A DNA stretch of 64,000 bases from a virus. Positions 8,356-18,520 of the stretch are shown here, one piece after another. The notes under the pieces are model-generated. The model was not told where the DNA came from. It did no database searches and was given only the letters and a program-made list of their open reading frames with translations. Location of the stretch: positions 21,178 through 85,177 of IMG/VR virus record IMGVR_UViG_3300049215_000527. One strand, 5' to 3'. Positions within the stretch are counted from its first letter, which is position 1, and each line of letters begins with the position of its first letter. A program made the position numbers and the translations under genes.

Positions 8356-11300
8356 ATGGTTGCGCGCCCGACGCTAACTGAACTACGGGCGCGCCTCACC
8401 CGCATGCAAGAGGCCGTCGTTGCCCGTGACTATCATCCCGATCAACCTCGCACAGCAGATGGGCGGTTTGGCTCGACAGGTGGCAAACCTGTCGACCTCT
8501 TGCTCAATCCAGGCGACGACATGGGCAAGTACGCCAAGATCATTGCCAAGGCGGCAGGCAACGAAGAGATCGTTGGTCAGTGCTCCCATTGCTCGCGCAT
8601 GCTTTCTGGCCCGCTAGCAGGTAAACGCATCGGAGTTATCGTGCGCAAAAACGCCTGGACCACTGGCCTCAAGACGGGCTTCTCGCATGGGGTATGTCGG
8701 TCATGTCAGAAGGACTGGCTCATCGATGTCTATACCAAGAAAGGGTTGACACCTGAGCAGGCCACGGCACGGGCGACGCTCTTTCAGGCGGGCAAACCCA
8801 TCCCTGATGACCTGCGTACCGAGGCGGAAAAGGCCCAGCGTGCCATGACCCCCGATGAAGCATACGCCCTACTGCGTCAGGCCCAGGCGGCACGGTTACA
8901 GTTGGTGCGCACTCGCCTGGCGCTGCACATCCTGCGTGTGCGAATGGCCGATGAGACCCGCTATGAGGGTGGGTTGAATGGGCGCATCCCCTTGTTCGCA
9001 ATGGGTGCCGATGGTAAGATGCACTTCGCAGGCAGTACACCAGGGGCGGGCAAGGCCCCAATTCCGACATCGCCGGGCCATCTGCACATCCCTGGCGTGA
9101 CCCATGTCGCGCATACCGATGGCAAGGGCGGGGGGGTGAAAGCGAGTGGCAAGCATGGTGCAAAGACCCCATCCGTCGCCGATCTGCACCATGCGTCCCG
9201 CGCATGGCAAGCAGCGAACCCGCACACCCCAGAGACGCCACCTACGCCCGTCGATCAACTGGTGCTTGTCCAGCCCGTCGATATGCGGGAAATTGACCCG
9301 TATACCCATCCCGATGCCCACCGACTCGCCAGCATCTTCGGCGAGCATCAGGTGGGGGCGGCCATCAGCAACTTCACCGTTAGCACCTTGCAGCAGATGG
9401 CAAAATCCCTGGGCATCTCCACCACGGGCATGCGCAGCAACCATGATGCGTTGGTCTCGGTCATCACAGCGCATGTAACAAATGGCCACTACAGCGCCGA
9501 TTTCGGCACGCAGACGGCGACGGGCAAGACGGCGGGGACGAAAGCCCAAAGCGAAGAGGCGGGAAGGTTCCCAGCCGCACGGATAGAAGAATTGAAGAAC
9601 CGCGCCCTATATGGCGATAAAACGGCGCAAGAAGAGGTCATGAATCTCCTGCGCGATCATTTTCACGATCCTGAGTCCAAAAGTGTTGCCACGGACAGCG
9701 AAAAGGCGGCCCGTGCCGCCGATCTCATGCTGCAATATCGGGGTCGCTATGAGAGGGAGCAGTCCGGCTACCTTACGGATAACGGTAGACCGCTTTCCCG
9801 TGCGGCTGATCCCGCATTGTTCTGGCACGCGGCTGGTGGCGACCCGGAACTCATGGAACTCATGTTGAAGTCTGGCGTGGGAGGCATGATGCCGCATTAT
9901 CTGCGTCAGCATCCCGATATGCTAGGCATGGAACGATTTAACAATGGCCAGGTGAATCGCGACCCATCACCAAAGGAAATTGTGCAGGCGCTGCAACTGC
10001 AACATGACGGTAAAGTGACTTGGCGCGTTGGTTCGGATGGCGGCGCACCCCCCAACCCTGCTGATCCCCGTGCCGCCAACTACCTCGCCGACATGGCCCG
10101 CCTACGCGAGACCCATGCGGCGTATCTGGCTGATACCCCTGCCGTGGCCAAAGCACATGATGCGGCGACAAAAGCCGCACGTGGGGGGACGAAGGCAAAA
10201 GAGCCGACAGCCAACCAACAACTACGCATCAATCAGCACCAAGTCGTCGATCGACTGGTTCCTATTCAGACTGGGCTTCGGTTTAACGCCTTCAATCTGT
10301 TAGATGATGCGAGCCTCACGAGCGCCCATCGAACCTTTGGCTCTGATCAACTCAAAGACGCCATTTATGCGAATCCCACAGCAGACCTTCGCGCGAAAGC
10401 GCAAGAGATGGGTATTTATCGAGCAGGGATGACGCATGAAGATTTGGCCCGTACAATTGCTGCCGCCTGGATTGCCAAAGAGGGCCACATTGACGGCCCG
10501 CCCTCTCATTTGGATGAGATATTGGCTCAGACGAGCAAACCCGACGCCTATACGGGTGCGGATCTGGTGCCGATCTCGTCGGCGGTGGGTTACAACATCA
10601 ATGTGTATGGCCCGCCACAAGAGGATATCCTGCTCAAGATCTATGGCGCGGAACAACTGCCCAAGGCGCTCTCGCTGTTTAGTACACCCAAACTCAAAGA
10701 GGCGGTGGACAGGGCGATGACGAAGTATCCTGGCACCAAGCCCGCCAGCCGCACCAAACGCGAGGATCTCATTGCATATCTCGTACAGCAAGCGGTACAT
10801 CCGGGCGAACCGATGCCAGGTGCCAGTGCGGGTAAGGATCTTACTGGCCTCAAACCTTCTGGGGCGGCGACACTCGCCATTTTGGGGTCACAGTTACTTC
10901 AGTTGAAAGATCCTGGAGATCCAATCGAAGCGTGGCATCATTTTGGTGGCACGGCGGAGTCACTGCGTGCGGTCTTATATGAAGAACCCATTGGGTATTT
11001 ACGCGGTATGCTGATGCATCCCAATATGCCTCCTGGGCCATCCCCCCGTGGCAAATCGCGGCAAGTGTTGGCCGACAACATCGTCAAACGCCTCGATGCG
11101 CACTTCAATCCGCAGCCGCCCACCAGTGCGGGCAAGGGTCTTAGTGGCCTCAAACCCTCGGGGGTTGCGGCATCACCAGCCGACCCCTATCACACAATGA
11201 GTCCTCATGATCTGTTGCATGCGGTAGGCGAGGCTCAATTCCATGAGGCATTATCCCGTATGTCCACGGCAACCCTGCGGGAGATGGCAAAAACCTATGC

Positions 11301-11487
11301 CATCCCCACGGGCCGCGCCAAACGCGATATGGTGGATGCTATTGAGCAGTGGACGAAGGCGCATCCCGAAATGGCAGGCGTCTATCCCACAAAGGGTAGT
11401 ACCGCCATCAAGGATAGCGCGACACGCATGACCCTGCCCGATCTCGCCGCCAAACTCGCTCACCTGCGCGCCGCCGCCCGCATGTAA
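8356..11487 (+). CDS. Polyvalent head-associated protein with five SAP/HEH-like helical repeats and an N-terminal Cys/His Zn-binding element
   Basis: YHPDQPRTADGRFG motif; CSHC...HGVCRSC; five repeats of DP..x..G..QL..AL.....L...A...G......L; SAGKxLxGLKPSG duplicated. Confidence 0.75.
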   Translation: MVARPTLTELRARLTRMQEAVVARDYHPDQPRTADGRFGSTGGKPVDLLLNPGDDMGKYAKIIAKAAGNEEIVGQCSHCSRMLSGPLAGKRIGVIVRKNAWTTGLKTGFSHGVCRSCQKDWLIDVYTKKGLTPEQATARATLFQAGKPIPDDLRTEAEKAQRAMTPDEAYALLRQAQAARLQLVRTRLALHILRVRMADETRYEGGLNGRIPLFAMGADGKMHFAGSTPGAGKAPIPTSPGHLHIPGVTHVAHTDGKGGGVKASGKHGAKTPSVADLHHASRAWQAANPHTPETPPTPVDQLVLVQPVDMREIDPYTHPDAHRLASIFGEHQVGAAISNFTVSTLQQMAKSLGISTTGMRSNHDALVSVITAHVTNGHYSADFGTQTATGKTAGTKAQSEEAGRFPAARIEELKNRALYGDKTAQEEVMNLLRDHFHDPESKSVATDSEKAARAADLMLQYRGRYEREQSGYLTDNGRPLSRAADPALFWHAAGGDPELMELMLKSGVGGMMPHYLRQHPDMLGMERFNNGQVNRDPSPKEIVQALQLQHDGKVTWRVGSDGGAPPNPADPRAANYLADMARLRETHAAYLADTPAVAKAHDAATKAARGGTKAKEPTANQQLRINQHQVVDRLVPIQTGLRFNAFNLLDDASLTSAHRTFGSDQLKDAIYANPTADLRAKAQEMGIYRAGMTHEDLARTIAAAWIAKEGHIDGPPSHLDEILAQTSKPDAYTGADLVPISSAVGYNINVYGPPQEDILLKIYGAEQLPKALSLFSTPKLKEAVDRAMTKYPGTKPASRTKREDLIAYLVQQAVHPGEPMPGASAGKDLTGLKPSGAATLAILGSQLLQLKDPGDPIEAWHHFGGTAESLRAVLYEEPIGYLRGMLMHPNMPPGPSPRGKSRQVLADNIVKRLDAHFNPQPPTSAGKGLSGLKPSGVAASPADPYHTMSPHDLLHAVGEAQFHEALSRMSTATLREMAKTYAIPTGRAKRDMVDAIEQWTKAHPEMAGVYPTKGSTAIKDSATRMTLPDLAAKLAHLRAAARM

Positions 11488-11517
11488 CCCTCTCGCAATC
11501 ATCCCCCTATTTTACGC

Positions 11518-11541
11518 AAAGCCGCTCTACAGGCGGCTTTT
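11518..11541 (+). terminator. Intrinsic terminator
   Basis: aaagccgc-tctacag-gcggctttt stem-loop with T-tract. Confidence 0.75.
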
Positions 11542-11571
11542 CTGTTGCCCGCCAACAGGAGGACCGCCCGC

Positions 11572-14346
11572 ATGGCTGTGAAATATGCCAAAACCCAACG
11601 CGCCAAGAAGTTCCAATCCCCTGGCCACTACACGACCAAGGACCGCACCACCATCGATGCCGCCGATTTTGGCGACCCAGCGCACAAACTCTTCCCCATC
11701 GTTGTGGCGGCGGACGTGGCCGATGCGGCCCGCCTCATTGGCAAGGCCGCCGACCCCGACGCCGTGAAAGCACGGATCATCAAAATCGCCAAGAAAAAAG
11801 GTTTCCCGTTGCCCGCAAGTTGGGAAGAGGAGAGCGGCGCCCGCGCCCTTCTGCCCACCGAAACCCGCGCCGATGCCGCCAGCGTCACCACCCTCCCCTT
11901 TGCCCGTGTCACGCGCATTGATGAGCAGAACCGCCTCGTCACGCTACGGGCAACGTCGGAGGCAACGGACTCCTTCCGCACTGCCTTTGCCTATGAAGCC
12001 AGCAAAGATGCGTTTTCGCGGTGGGAGCAGGCCGCAGGCAACATTCGCGAGATGCACGCCCCCAAGGCGGTGGGCCGGGCGGTGCAGGTGGAGTACGACG
12101 ATGCGTCGCGCGCCATCGACGTGACCCTGCGGATCTCGAAAGGGGCCCAAGACACCTGGGAAAAGATTGTGGATGGCACGTTGCAAGGCGGCAGCATCGG
12201 CGCCTCGAATGTGGTCTGGCAAGTGAATCAGCAACGGGTTGCCAATGCCCCCGAAAAGATTGCCACGAAATACGACCTCGTGGAGCTCTCGCTCGTGGAC
12301 AATCCGAGCAACCCCGATTGCCGCGTCCTTGCCGTGCGTGCCGCTGGTGCCACCGATATTCTCGAAGCCCTGGACGACGCCCCCGCCCCCGCCGCGCACC
12401 CCAAAGGCATGGCCAACCCCGCGAATCTTCCCCCCACGATTGCCGCCGCCATGGCCGCCGCCTATGGCGACGCGCCCGACGAAACCCTATCATCGGCGCC
12501 ACGCGCCGCCACACCACAGGAGGCCCCTATGGGCATGAACGCCAAGAACCGGGCGCGAGAGGCGGCGCAACGTGCGGCGCAGGAACGCGCGCTGAAGATC
12601 CGTGCCGCCGGAGACGCGGCGGTGAAAGCCGCAAACCTTACCCAATACGCCCCAGGACGCGGCAGCTTTGATGTCTTTACCCAACAGGTCGCCGCCGTAC
12701 GCGGCACTGCCGAGGCCGAGGCGGCACGGGCCTTGCCGCCCGTCATGGGGCGCTTCGCCGCCCCCGACACCGCGCCTGCCGCCCCGACCGAGACGCGCTT
12801 CGACGACCCTGCTGGCATCATCCCCGCACCAGACACGGCGGCCAATCCCGCCAGCATGCCCGAAACACCGCTCGCGGTGTCGTTGGACGATCAGTCCTCG
12901 GCCAGTCACCCCTTGCCCCATGTCCATGCCCATGCCCACACCCATAGCGATGGCATGACGCATGCCCACCCGCACAGCCACAGCCACGAGGAACACGTCA
13001 TGCGGGCCGACATGCCGGACAACGCGCCGCATGCGGAGCACGCCCATGTCTATCGCGGCGGCGTGGCGTATGACGCCACCCTCTTGCAGCAGCCCGAACT
13101 GTTGCGCGGCACGCCGTGGCAAATCAACCCCATCGCCGCCGCCACCGCCGAGGCGGGTAACGTCCACGGCACGCAGTTGGTCGCCGCCAAGATGGCCAAA
13201 ACGGGCACGGCCATGATGCAGCCGCAAGGCGTGGGCCACCCGGTCATGTATAACAGTGAAGACGCCAACATGCTGGGCTTTGCCGTGCCCGTCGCCGCCG
13301 ATCCGGTGCAGGCCACCCCCACCGACAACGTGACGCTGGACCCCGCCATGTTCCACTCTGGCGGCCATAGGCCGCGTGTGGATAACGTCCATGTCAAGGA
13401 ACCCATGGCCGATCAGGATGGCGACCATGACGCGGCAGAGGACGAGACGGAGCGGACCGAAGGGGACAAGATCGTGGGCGGCGGGTTGCCTGCCTTCACC
13501 GTGCCCAATCGGGATGTGGAGGCGACGCCCCGCATGGCGGCAGCAGATGACGGTGGGTTGCCCGCCTTTGCCGATCTCGTCGAGGAACTGCGCACGGCCC
13601 TGGCCGAGCACCTCAACCTCGAACTGCGCTATGGCGCCCGGCTGTCCGGGGATAGCATGGACGCCGTGCATGGCATTCGCGATAGTGCCCTGGCCACGGC
13701 GCAGATGGCGACGGCGCACTGCGGCTGCGACGAGTGCCAGGCCCACCAACCTGTGATTCTGGCCCTCATGAACGGCGAACCGCCCGATATGGGGGACGAG
13801 GACGATGAGGACGAGGACGAGGACACGGGGGCAGGCGACGATGACGGCATGCGCCTGCAATTAGCCGAAACACAGCGGCAAACGGCGGAGGCACTGAACA
13901 TGGTCTTTGGCCAAGTGCAAACGCTGGCCACACGCCTCGCGACGCTGGAAACCCAAACGCCATACCTCGCCGCGCAGTTGAGCGATCTCACGCTGACCCT
14001 CGCTGATCAGCAGCGCATGCAATCCGCCACCGTGACCCGTGCGCAATCGGCGCAAGACGCCCAGACCCAGGCCCTGCAAACAGCCATTATCCAGCGAATG
14101 GAAGCGTTGGCTGCGGACGCCGCAGCGACGAAAGCACTCGTGGAGCAAGTGGCGGCGCAACCTGTGGCGGGCAATGCCCCGCTCGCCCCCTGGGCCGTGC
14201 CAGTGGACAAACGGATGGGCGGCTACTATGGCAACGCCCAACCCGAAAGCACGCCAGAACAAATCCGGGCCTGGATCGCCCAGCGCCCAATGGAAGACCA
14301 AATCGACCTTGCCGCCCAACTCGTGCGGCCCGCAACCCGCAAATAA
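11572..14346 (+). CDS. Prohead protease (HK97-like) fused to an N-terminal DUF6582-like domain and a C-terminal scaffold
   Basis: NIREMH...AVG, WEKIVDGTLQGGSIG, LVELSLVDNPSNPDC; AGGAGG RBS; His-rich, acidic and coiled-coil tail. Confidence 0.88.
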   Translation: MAVKYAKTQRAKKFQSPGHYTTKDRTTIDAADFGDPAHKLFPIVVAADVADAARLIGKAADPDAVKARIIKIAKKKGFPLPASWEEESGARALLPTETRADAASVTTLPFARVTRIDEQNRLVTLRATSEATDSFRTAFAYEASKDAFSRWEQAAGNIREMHAPKAVGRAVQVEYDDASRAIDVTLRISKGAQDTWEKIVDGTLQGGSIGASNVVWQVNQQRVANAPEKIATKYDLVELSLVDNPSNPDCRVLAVRAAGATDILEALDDAPAPAAHPKGMANPANLPPTIAAAMAAAYGDAPDETLSSAPRAATPQEAPMGMNAKNRAREAAQRAAQERALKIRAAGDAAVKAANLTQYAPGRGSFDVFTQQVAAVRGTAEAEAARALPPVMGRFAAPDTAPAAPTETRFDDPAGIIPAPDTAANPASMPETPLAVSLDDQSSASHPLPHVHAHAHTHSDGMTHAHPHSHSHEEHVMRADMPDNAPHAEHAHVYRGGVAYDATLLQQPELLRGTPWQINPIAAATAEAGNVHGTQLVAAKMAKTGTAMMQPQGVGHPVMYNSEDANMLGFAVPVAADPVQATPTDNVTLDPAMFHSGGHRPRVDNVHVKEPMADQDGDHDAAEDETERTEGDKIVGGGLPAFTVPNRDVEATPRMAAADDGGLPAFADLVEELRTALAEHLNLELRYGARLSGDSMDAVHGIRDSALATAQMATAHCGCDECQAHQPVILALMNGEPPDMGDEDDEDEDEDTGAGDDDGMRLQLAETQRQTAEALNMVFGQVQTLATRLATLETQTPYLAAQLSDLTLTLADQQRMQSATVTRAQSAQDAQTQALQTAIIQRMEALAADAAATKALVEQVAAQPVAGNAPLAPWAVPVDKRMGGYYGNAQPESTPEQIRAWIAQRPMEDQIDLAAQLVRPATRK

Positions 14347-14397
14347 CTTCACCCCTACTCCCCTCCCTTGAGGGGATACTTATAAGGAGACCCATTC

Positions 14398-15906
14398 GTG
14401 CAAATTTCCGAAGAGACGATCCGCCTCGTTGAGGAAGCGATCGCCACCCGTCAGATGATGCCCAATGTCACCCGTGGCATCACGATCAGTTCTAATGACA
14501 TTGGCTATGACCTTGAAGCCCCCGCCAAAGTCATCGTCCCAGTGCAGACGCCGCTCGTCAACATGCTGCCCCGCAAACCAGGGCCTGGCATCAACATCAC
14601 CAACTGGAAGGCCATCACCGCCTTCGACACCTCGCGCAGTTGGGGTACCCTATCCGGCAACAACGTCCCCACTGCCGTCACGTACAGCTTCGTCTCCCTC
14701 TCCAACAACTACCATACCATCGCCCTGTCGAACTCCGTAGACTTCGAGGCGCAGTGGTATGGGCGCAGTTTTGAAGGCGATGTCCGGGCGCGGCGCTTGG
14801 CCGAACTGCTGTACCAGGTCAAGATCACCGAAGAGCGGTGGCTCTTGCAAGCCTCAGCCAAGTTGATGGTGCCCCCGGCCCCGGTGCTCTCCACCACGAC
14901 CAGTGGCGGCGCGGCGCTGGACAGCACGACGTACTATGTCACGGTGACGGCAGTTAACGCCAACGGCGAAACGACGCAGAGCAGCGCCACCAGCATCACC
15001 ACAGGCAACTCTGGCTCCAATGTCAATACCCTCAAGGTCACGCTCTTCACGGTCCCGAATGCGACGTACTACAACGTCTATATTGGCACCAACAGTGCGG
15101 CGGCCCGCACCACGCAGTGGCTGCAATCCTCCATCTCCGGCAACAGCAACGCTCCGCAGCCCTCCGTCAACGTGGCCGTCTCGCTGAACGGCGGCGGCTC
15201 GACGGCCTGTGGCGAAGTCCAGGCCCCTACCGTTGGCCCCTTGTCCCTCACGGCGTCGGTTGCCTCCTCTGGCACGAACCCGCCCTCCACCAACGGCGCG
15301 AACACCTTCCAGGACTCGAACTCCAACACGACGATGTGGGATGGCCTCATCTCCCAAGGCCTCTTGAACGCGGGCACGGGCAATGGCTTGACGCTGGGGA
15401 CGCAGGTGGCACAACCCGCCGCCACCAATGGTGTGCTGGCCCTGTCCGACATCGACAACCTGTTGGTCTCAGCCTACAACCAGGCTGCCGCCGACCCCGA
15501 TGTCTTGATCATGAACAGCATCGTCCATCGCAAGCTCACCAACCTCGTGGCGCAGGCCAACCAGACGCGCTACGTCGTGGATTCGACGCAGGGTCAGGCC
15601 CAGGGCAACCTCACGGCGCAATACCGCGTCACGCATTACCTCAACGAAGCGACGGGCAAAGAGATCCCGATTGTCGTGGACCGCTACTGCCCCGCCGACA
15701 CCATCGTGGCGCTGCCGATGTCCATCCCCTATCCGGTGCCCGAAATCAGCAACGCCGTGGAGATCGAAGTGAACCAGGAATACTGGGGCATCGACTTCGC
15801 CATCACGAACAGTTCCTTCCAATTCGCGGATTACGTGAACGAGACCTTGAAGGTCTACTTCCTGGGCGGCTTGTGCGTTCTGCGCGGCATTACTCCCGCT
15901 GTCTAA
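14398..15906 (+). CDS. Major capsid protein with an inserted FN3/Ig-like domain
   Basis: Follows the protease; YDLEAPAKVIVPVQTPLVNMLPR start; insert PPAPVLSTT...TYYVTVTAVNANGET...ATYYNVYIG. Confidence 0.85.
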   Translation: MQISEETIRLVEEAIATRQMMPNVTRGITISSNDIGYDLEAPAKVIVPVQTPLVNMLPRKPGPGINITNWKAITAFDTSRSWGTLSGNNVPTAVTYSFVSLSNNYHTIALSNSVDFEAQWYGRSFEGDVRARRLAELLYQVKITEERWLLQASAKLMVPPAPVLSTTTSGGAALDSTTYYVTVTAVNANGETTQSSATSITTGNSGSNVNTLKVTLFTVPNATYYNVYIGTNSAAARTTQWLQSSISGNSNAPQPSVNVAVSLNGGGSTACGEVQAPTVGPLSLTASVASSGTNPPSTNGANTFQDSNSNTTMWDGLISQGLLNAGTGNGLTLGTQVAQPAATNGVLALSDIDNLLVSAYNQAAADPDVLIMNSIVHRKLTNLVAQANQTRYVVDSTQGQAQGNLTAQYRVTHYLNEATGKEIPIVVDRYCPADTIVALPMSIPYPVPEISNAVEIEVNQEYWGIDFAITNSSFQFADYVNETLKVYFLGGLCVLRGITPAV

Positions 15907-15925
15907 ATCCCCCCCCATTTCATTC

Positions 15926-15953
15926 ACGGGCGGTGGCGAAGGCCACCGCCCGT
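15926..15953 (+). terminator. Perfect 12-bp hairpin after the capsid gene
   Basis: acgggcggtggc-gaag-gccaccgcccgt. Confidence 0.55.
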
Positions 15954-15972
15954 TGCATAGGAGTACCCCCTC

Positions 15973-17157
15973 ATGGCAACAACTGCCAATACCCAAGGAC
16001 TCATTGACAGCAGCGCGCGCACGCTGCCTACCCTGCACTCGCCGGGCAATGCCCAAGAATCCGCCATCATGGCGGGCACGCAAATCATAGACAATGTGAC
16101 GGGCGAGCCATATGCGCCCCAGGTGACGCAGATCGGTGATCGCAGCACCCCGGCGCAGGCCGCTGCCGTTGACACCTTCGGCAACCTTTCCATGAAGTTG
16201 GGCGGTGTGGGCTATCCCGTCATTGTCCAGAAAGGCAACGCCGCCAGCACGGGCTCGGTGGCGTCGCTGGCCAAAGCCTTCACCACCGCCAACACCGCAG
16301 GCAATACCATCGTGGTCGTGGCAGGCTGCGGCAATGGCACCGCCATGACGGTGGCCGACACCCTGGGCAATACCTACGTCTCGGCGGTGGCGGCCCCCAA
16401 CAGCACGACGTTTGCGTCCCAGATCTTCTATGCCGCTGGCGTCCTCGCGGGGACGAACACCGTCACCGTCACCAACGCGGGTACCACGGCTTCGATGGCC
16501 ATGGAAATCTACGAAGTCTCCGGCCTTTTGGCCGTAGCGGCGGGGCAGCCCGACTACACGTCGCTGAGCACGGGCACCAGTGCCACCCCCAGCGCGCCCA
16601 ACCACGCGCCAAGCCTGCCCAATAGTATTGCCTTCATGGGCGTGGCCGTCGGTACGGCAGCCCAAGCCGTGAGTGCCACCGCCTCCAGCGGCTGGACCCT
16701 GGATTCGACGCAGAACACCACGACCCCGGCGGGTTTGTATACCTTTGGCGCGCTCTCGGCCTTCCTGGCCTCCACTGCGCCTATCACGCCCAAGGCGACC
16801 TTGGCGGGATCAGAGCCGTATGCTATCGCGGCGGCGGTCTTCCGGCCCGTGGCGCTGCCCATCACGGGTATCGTCACCCAGGACGGCTACAACTATACGC
16901 ACTTCAACACGGCGCAGACCAACACCATCGTCAAAACGGGTTCTGGCATCCTGCACGCCTTGATCCTCAATACGGCGGTCGCCAGCGCGACGTTCGAGTA
17001 TGACGATGCCATCACGCATACCAACGCGATGGGTATCTTCACCCTGCCTGGTACGTTGCTCGCCTCCAACGGCTACTACGAACTCGACGTGCGCTTCAAC
17101 ACGGGCTTGGCGATCACCTCAACGGGCACGGCGGACTGGACGGTCGTCTGGAAATAG
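15973..17157 (+). CDS. Probable head decoration/fiber protein (Thr/Ala-rich beta domains)
   Basis: Position after MCP; GGAG RBS; beta-rich composition. Confidence 0.55.
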   Translation: MATTANTQGLIDSSARTLPTLHSPGNAQESAIMAGTQIIDNVTGEPYAPQVTQIGDRSTPAQAAAVDTFGNLSMKLGGVGYPVIVQKGNAASTGSVASLAKAFTTANTAGNTIVVVAGCGNGTAMTVADTLGNTYVSAVAAPNSTTFASQIFYAAGVLAGTNTVTVTNAGTTASMAMEIYEVSGLLAVAAGQPDYTSLSTGTSATPSAPNHAPSLPNSIAFMGVAVGTAAQAVSATASSGWTLDSTQNTTTPAGLYTFGALSAFLASTAPITPKATLAGSEPYAIAAAVFRPVALPITGIVTQDGYNYTHFNTAQTNTIVKTGSGILHALILNTAVASATFEYDDAITHTNAMGIFTLPGTLLASNGYYELDVRFNTGLAITSTGTADWTVVWK

Positions 17158-17162
17158 TCCTT

Positions 17163-17241
17163 GCGGTGCGTGCGCCGTACCGCGCACGCACCGCGTCTAT
17201 CTCGCCCATACCCCAGACGGACCCCAACGGGTCCGTCTGGG
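17163..17241. repeat. Two tandem perfect 13-bp hairpins
   Basis: gcggtgcgtgcgc/gcgcacgcaccgc (17163-17194) and cccagacggaccc/gggtccgtctggg (17212-17241). Confidence 0.85.
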
Positions 17242-17257
17242 CAGTGGAGGTTGCCCC

Positions 17258-18241
17258 ATGACGGTCTTCGCGGTGTACATCGATCTTCCGACCTTCCTGA
17301 ACCAATCGGCAGTCAATCAGGAAACGAATAGCCTGGTGGGGATGAACACGACCCTGGTAGGGGGCAGTGGTGGCACGTATCCGGCAGGCAGCACCACGCT
17401 CGCGGTCGGCAGCACCACGGGCATCACCAACGCCTCACCGTCGGCCAATAACCCCGCCACGACGTGGATCTTGGATGGCCTCAATAGCGAGATCGTGAGC
17501 GTCACCGCCATCTCTGGCACGACGCTGACGCTCACGGCGGGGACGCTGGCGGCGCACACCAATGGGACCAGCATCAGTACGGCGGGCACGGCGGGATGTT
17601 TGGCCGATATGATTCACCAGGCATCGCGTGAGGTGGATAATATCTGCTGCCAAGGGCCAGAAGGGGTGACCGAGTATGATGGCACGCCGCTCTCGACTGA
17701 CCGCAGCCTCTATGCCATCAGCCGTGTTGAGACCTATGAAGCGCCCTATGGCTATGCCCAATTCAATGTCGATAATGCCCTCACGATCTATCCCTATCAC
17801 TTTCCCGCCCGCAGCGTCACCAGCATCACGGTGCAAGTGGGCGCCATGACGCCCGTCTCGATGGGGACGCAGTATCTCACTTTTTCCCAAGGCGGGCGGG
17901 TCGTGACCGTACCCTATGCCCAACTGACCTCGACGCCGCCCAATATTCAAAGCTATTTTGTCTATCCCTTTTCCCGCAATCAAGAAACCTTCCTGGTCAT
18001 GACCTATACGGGTGGCCCCATTGCCAGTGCCAGCCTCTCTGCTGTGCCCGGCGATATCCAACGCGCCACGATGCTGCTCGTAGCGGACACGATGGCGACC
18101 CGCAAGAACCCCTACGGTGCCGCCACGGCCCGCCTGGGCGATGAACAACACATGTTTGAACTGCGCGGCGACACGGCGGGCAAATCCCTCTTGTGGAAAG
18201 ACGCCGCCCACCGTCTGCAACCCTACACGCGAAAGGTTTAG
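17258..18241 (+). CDS. Head-tail adaptor (gp6/gp15-like) with an inserted beta domain
   Basis: LADMIHQASREVDNIC, MTYTGG...VPGDIQRATMLLVA; GGAGG RBS. Confidence 0.75.
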   Translation: MTVFAVYIDLPTFLNQSAVNQETNSLVGMNTTLVGGSGGTYPAGSTTLAVGSTTGITNASPSANNPATTWILDGLNSEIVSVTAISGTTLTLTAGTLAAHTNGTSISTAGTAGCLADMIHQASREVDNICCQGPEGVTEYDGTPLSTDRSLYAISRVETYEAPYGYAQFNVDNALTIYPYHFPARSVTSITVQVGAMTPVSMGTQYLTFSQGGRVVTVPYAQLTSTPPNIQSYFVYPFSRNQETFLVMTYTGGPIASASLSAVPGDIQRATMLLVADTMATRKNPYGAATARLGDEQHMFELRGDTAGKSLLWKDAAHRLQPYTRKV

Positions 18242-18244
18242 CCC

Positions 18245-18517
18245 ATGTCTGAAGCTGCCCCACCGCTGGCCCATCATGAACGCTTTCGCCGCGCCGCTGC
18301 GGCCCACCATCGGGGCTTGCCCTATGACGACGCCGAGATGCTGGCCGAAGTACGCCACGTCGAGGATGAGATCCTGCTCATGACGACCTTCAATGGCTAT
18401 GACGCCGTGCGCTCTGCCCGCGCGCAGTATCCCCAGTTCGTGGAAGATGTGCTGGCGTATCTGCATGTCAAGGCCGCCGCTGAGGCGGAGCGAGCGGCAC
18501 GCACTCCCAGGAAGTGA
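18245..18517 (+). CDS. Hypothetical neck-region protein
   Basis: Tightly coupled 90 aa ORF. Confidence 0.5.
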   Translation: MSEAAPPLAHHERFRRAAAAHHRGLPYDDAEMLAEVRHVEDEILLMTTFNGYDAVRSARAQYPQFVEDVLAYLHVKAAAEAERAARTPRK

Positions 18518-18520
18518 GCC

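Noticed and set aside
12490-13860. 456 aa minus-strand ORF, and similar long antisense ORFs (15469-16665, 17435-18598, 28305-29390, 28987-30255, 30950-32392)
   Set aside because: Shadow ORFs of GC-rich sense genes: no motifs, biased composition, fully overlapping well-supported genes
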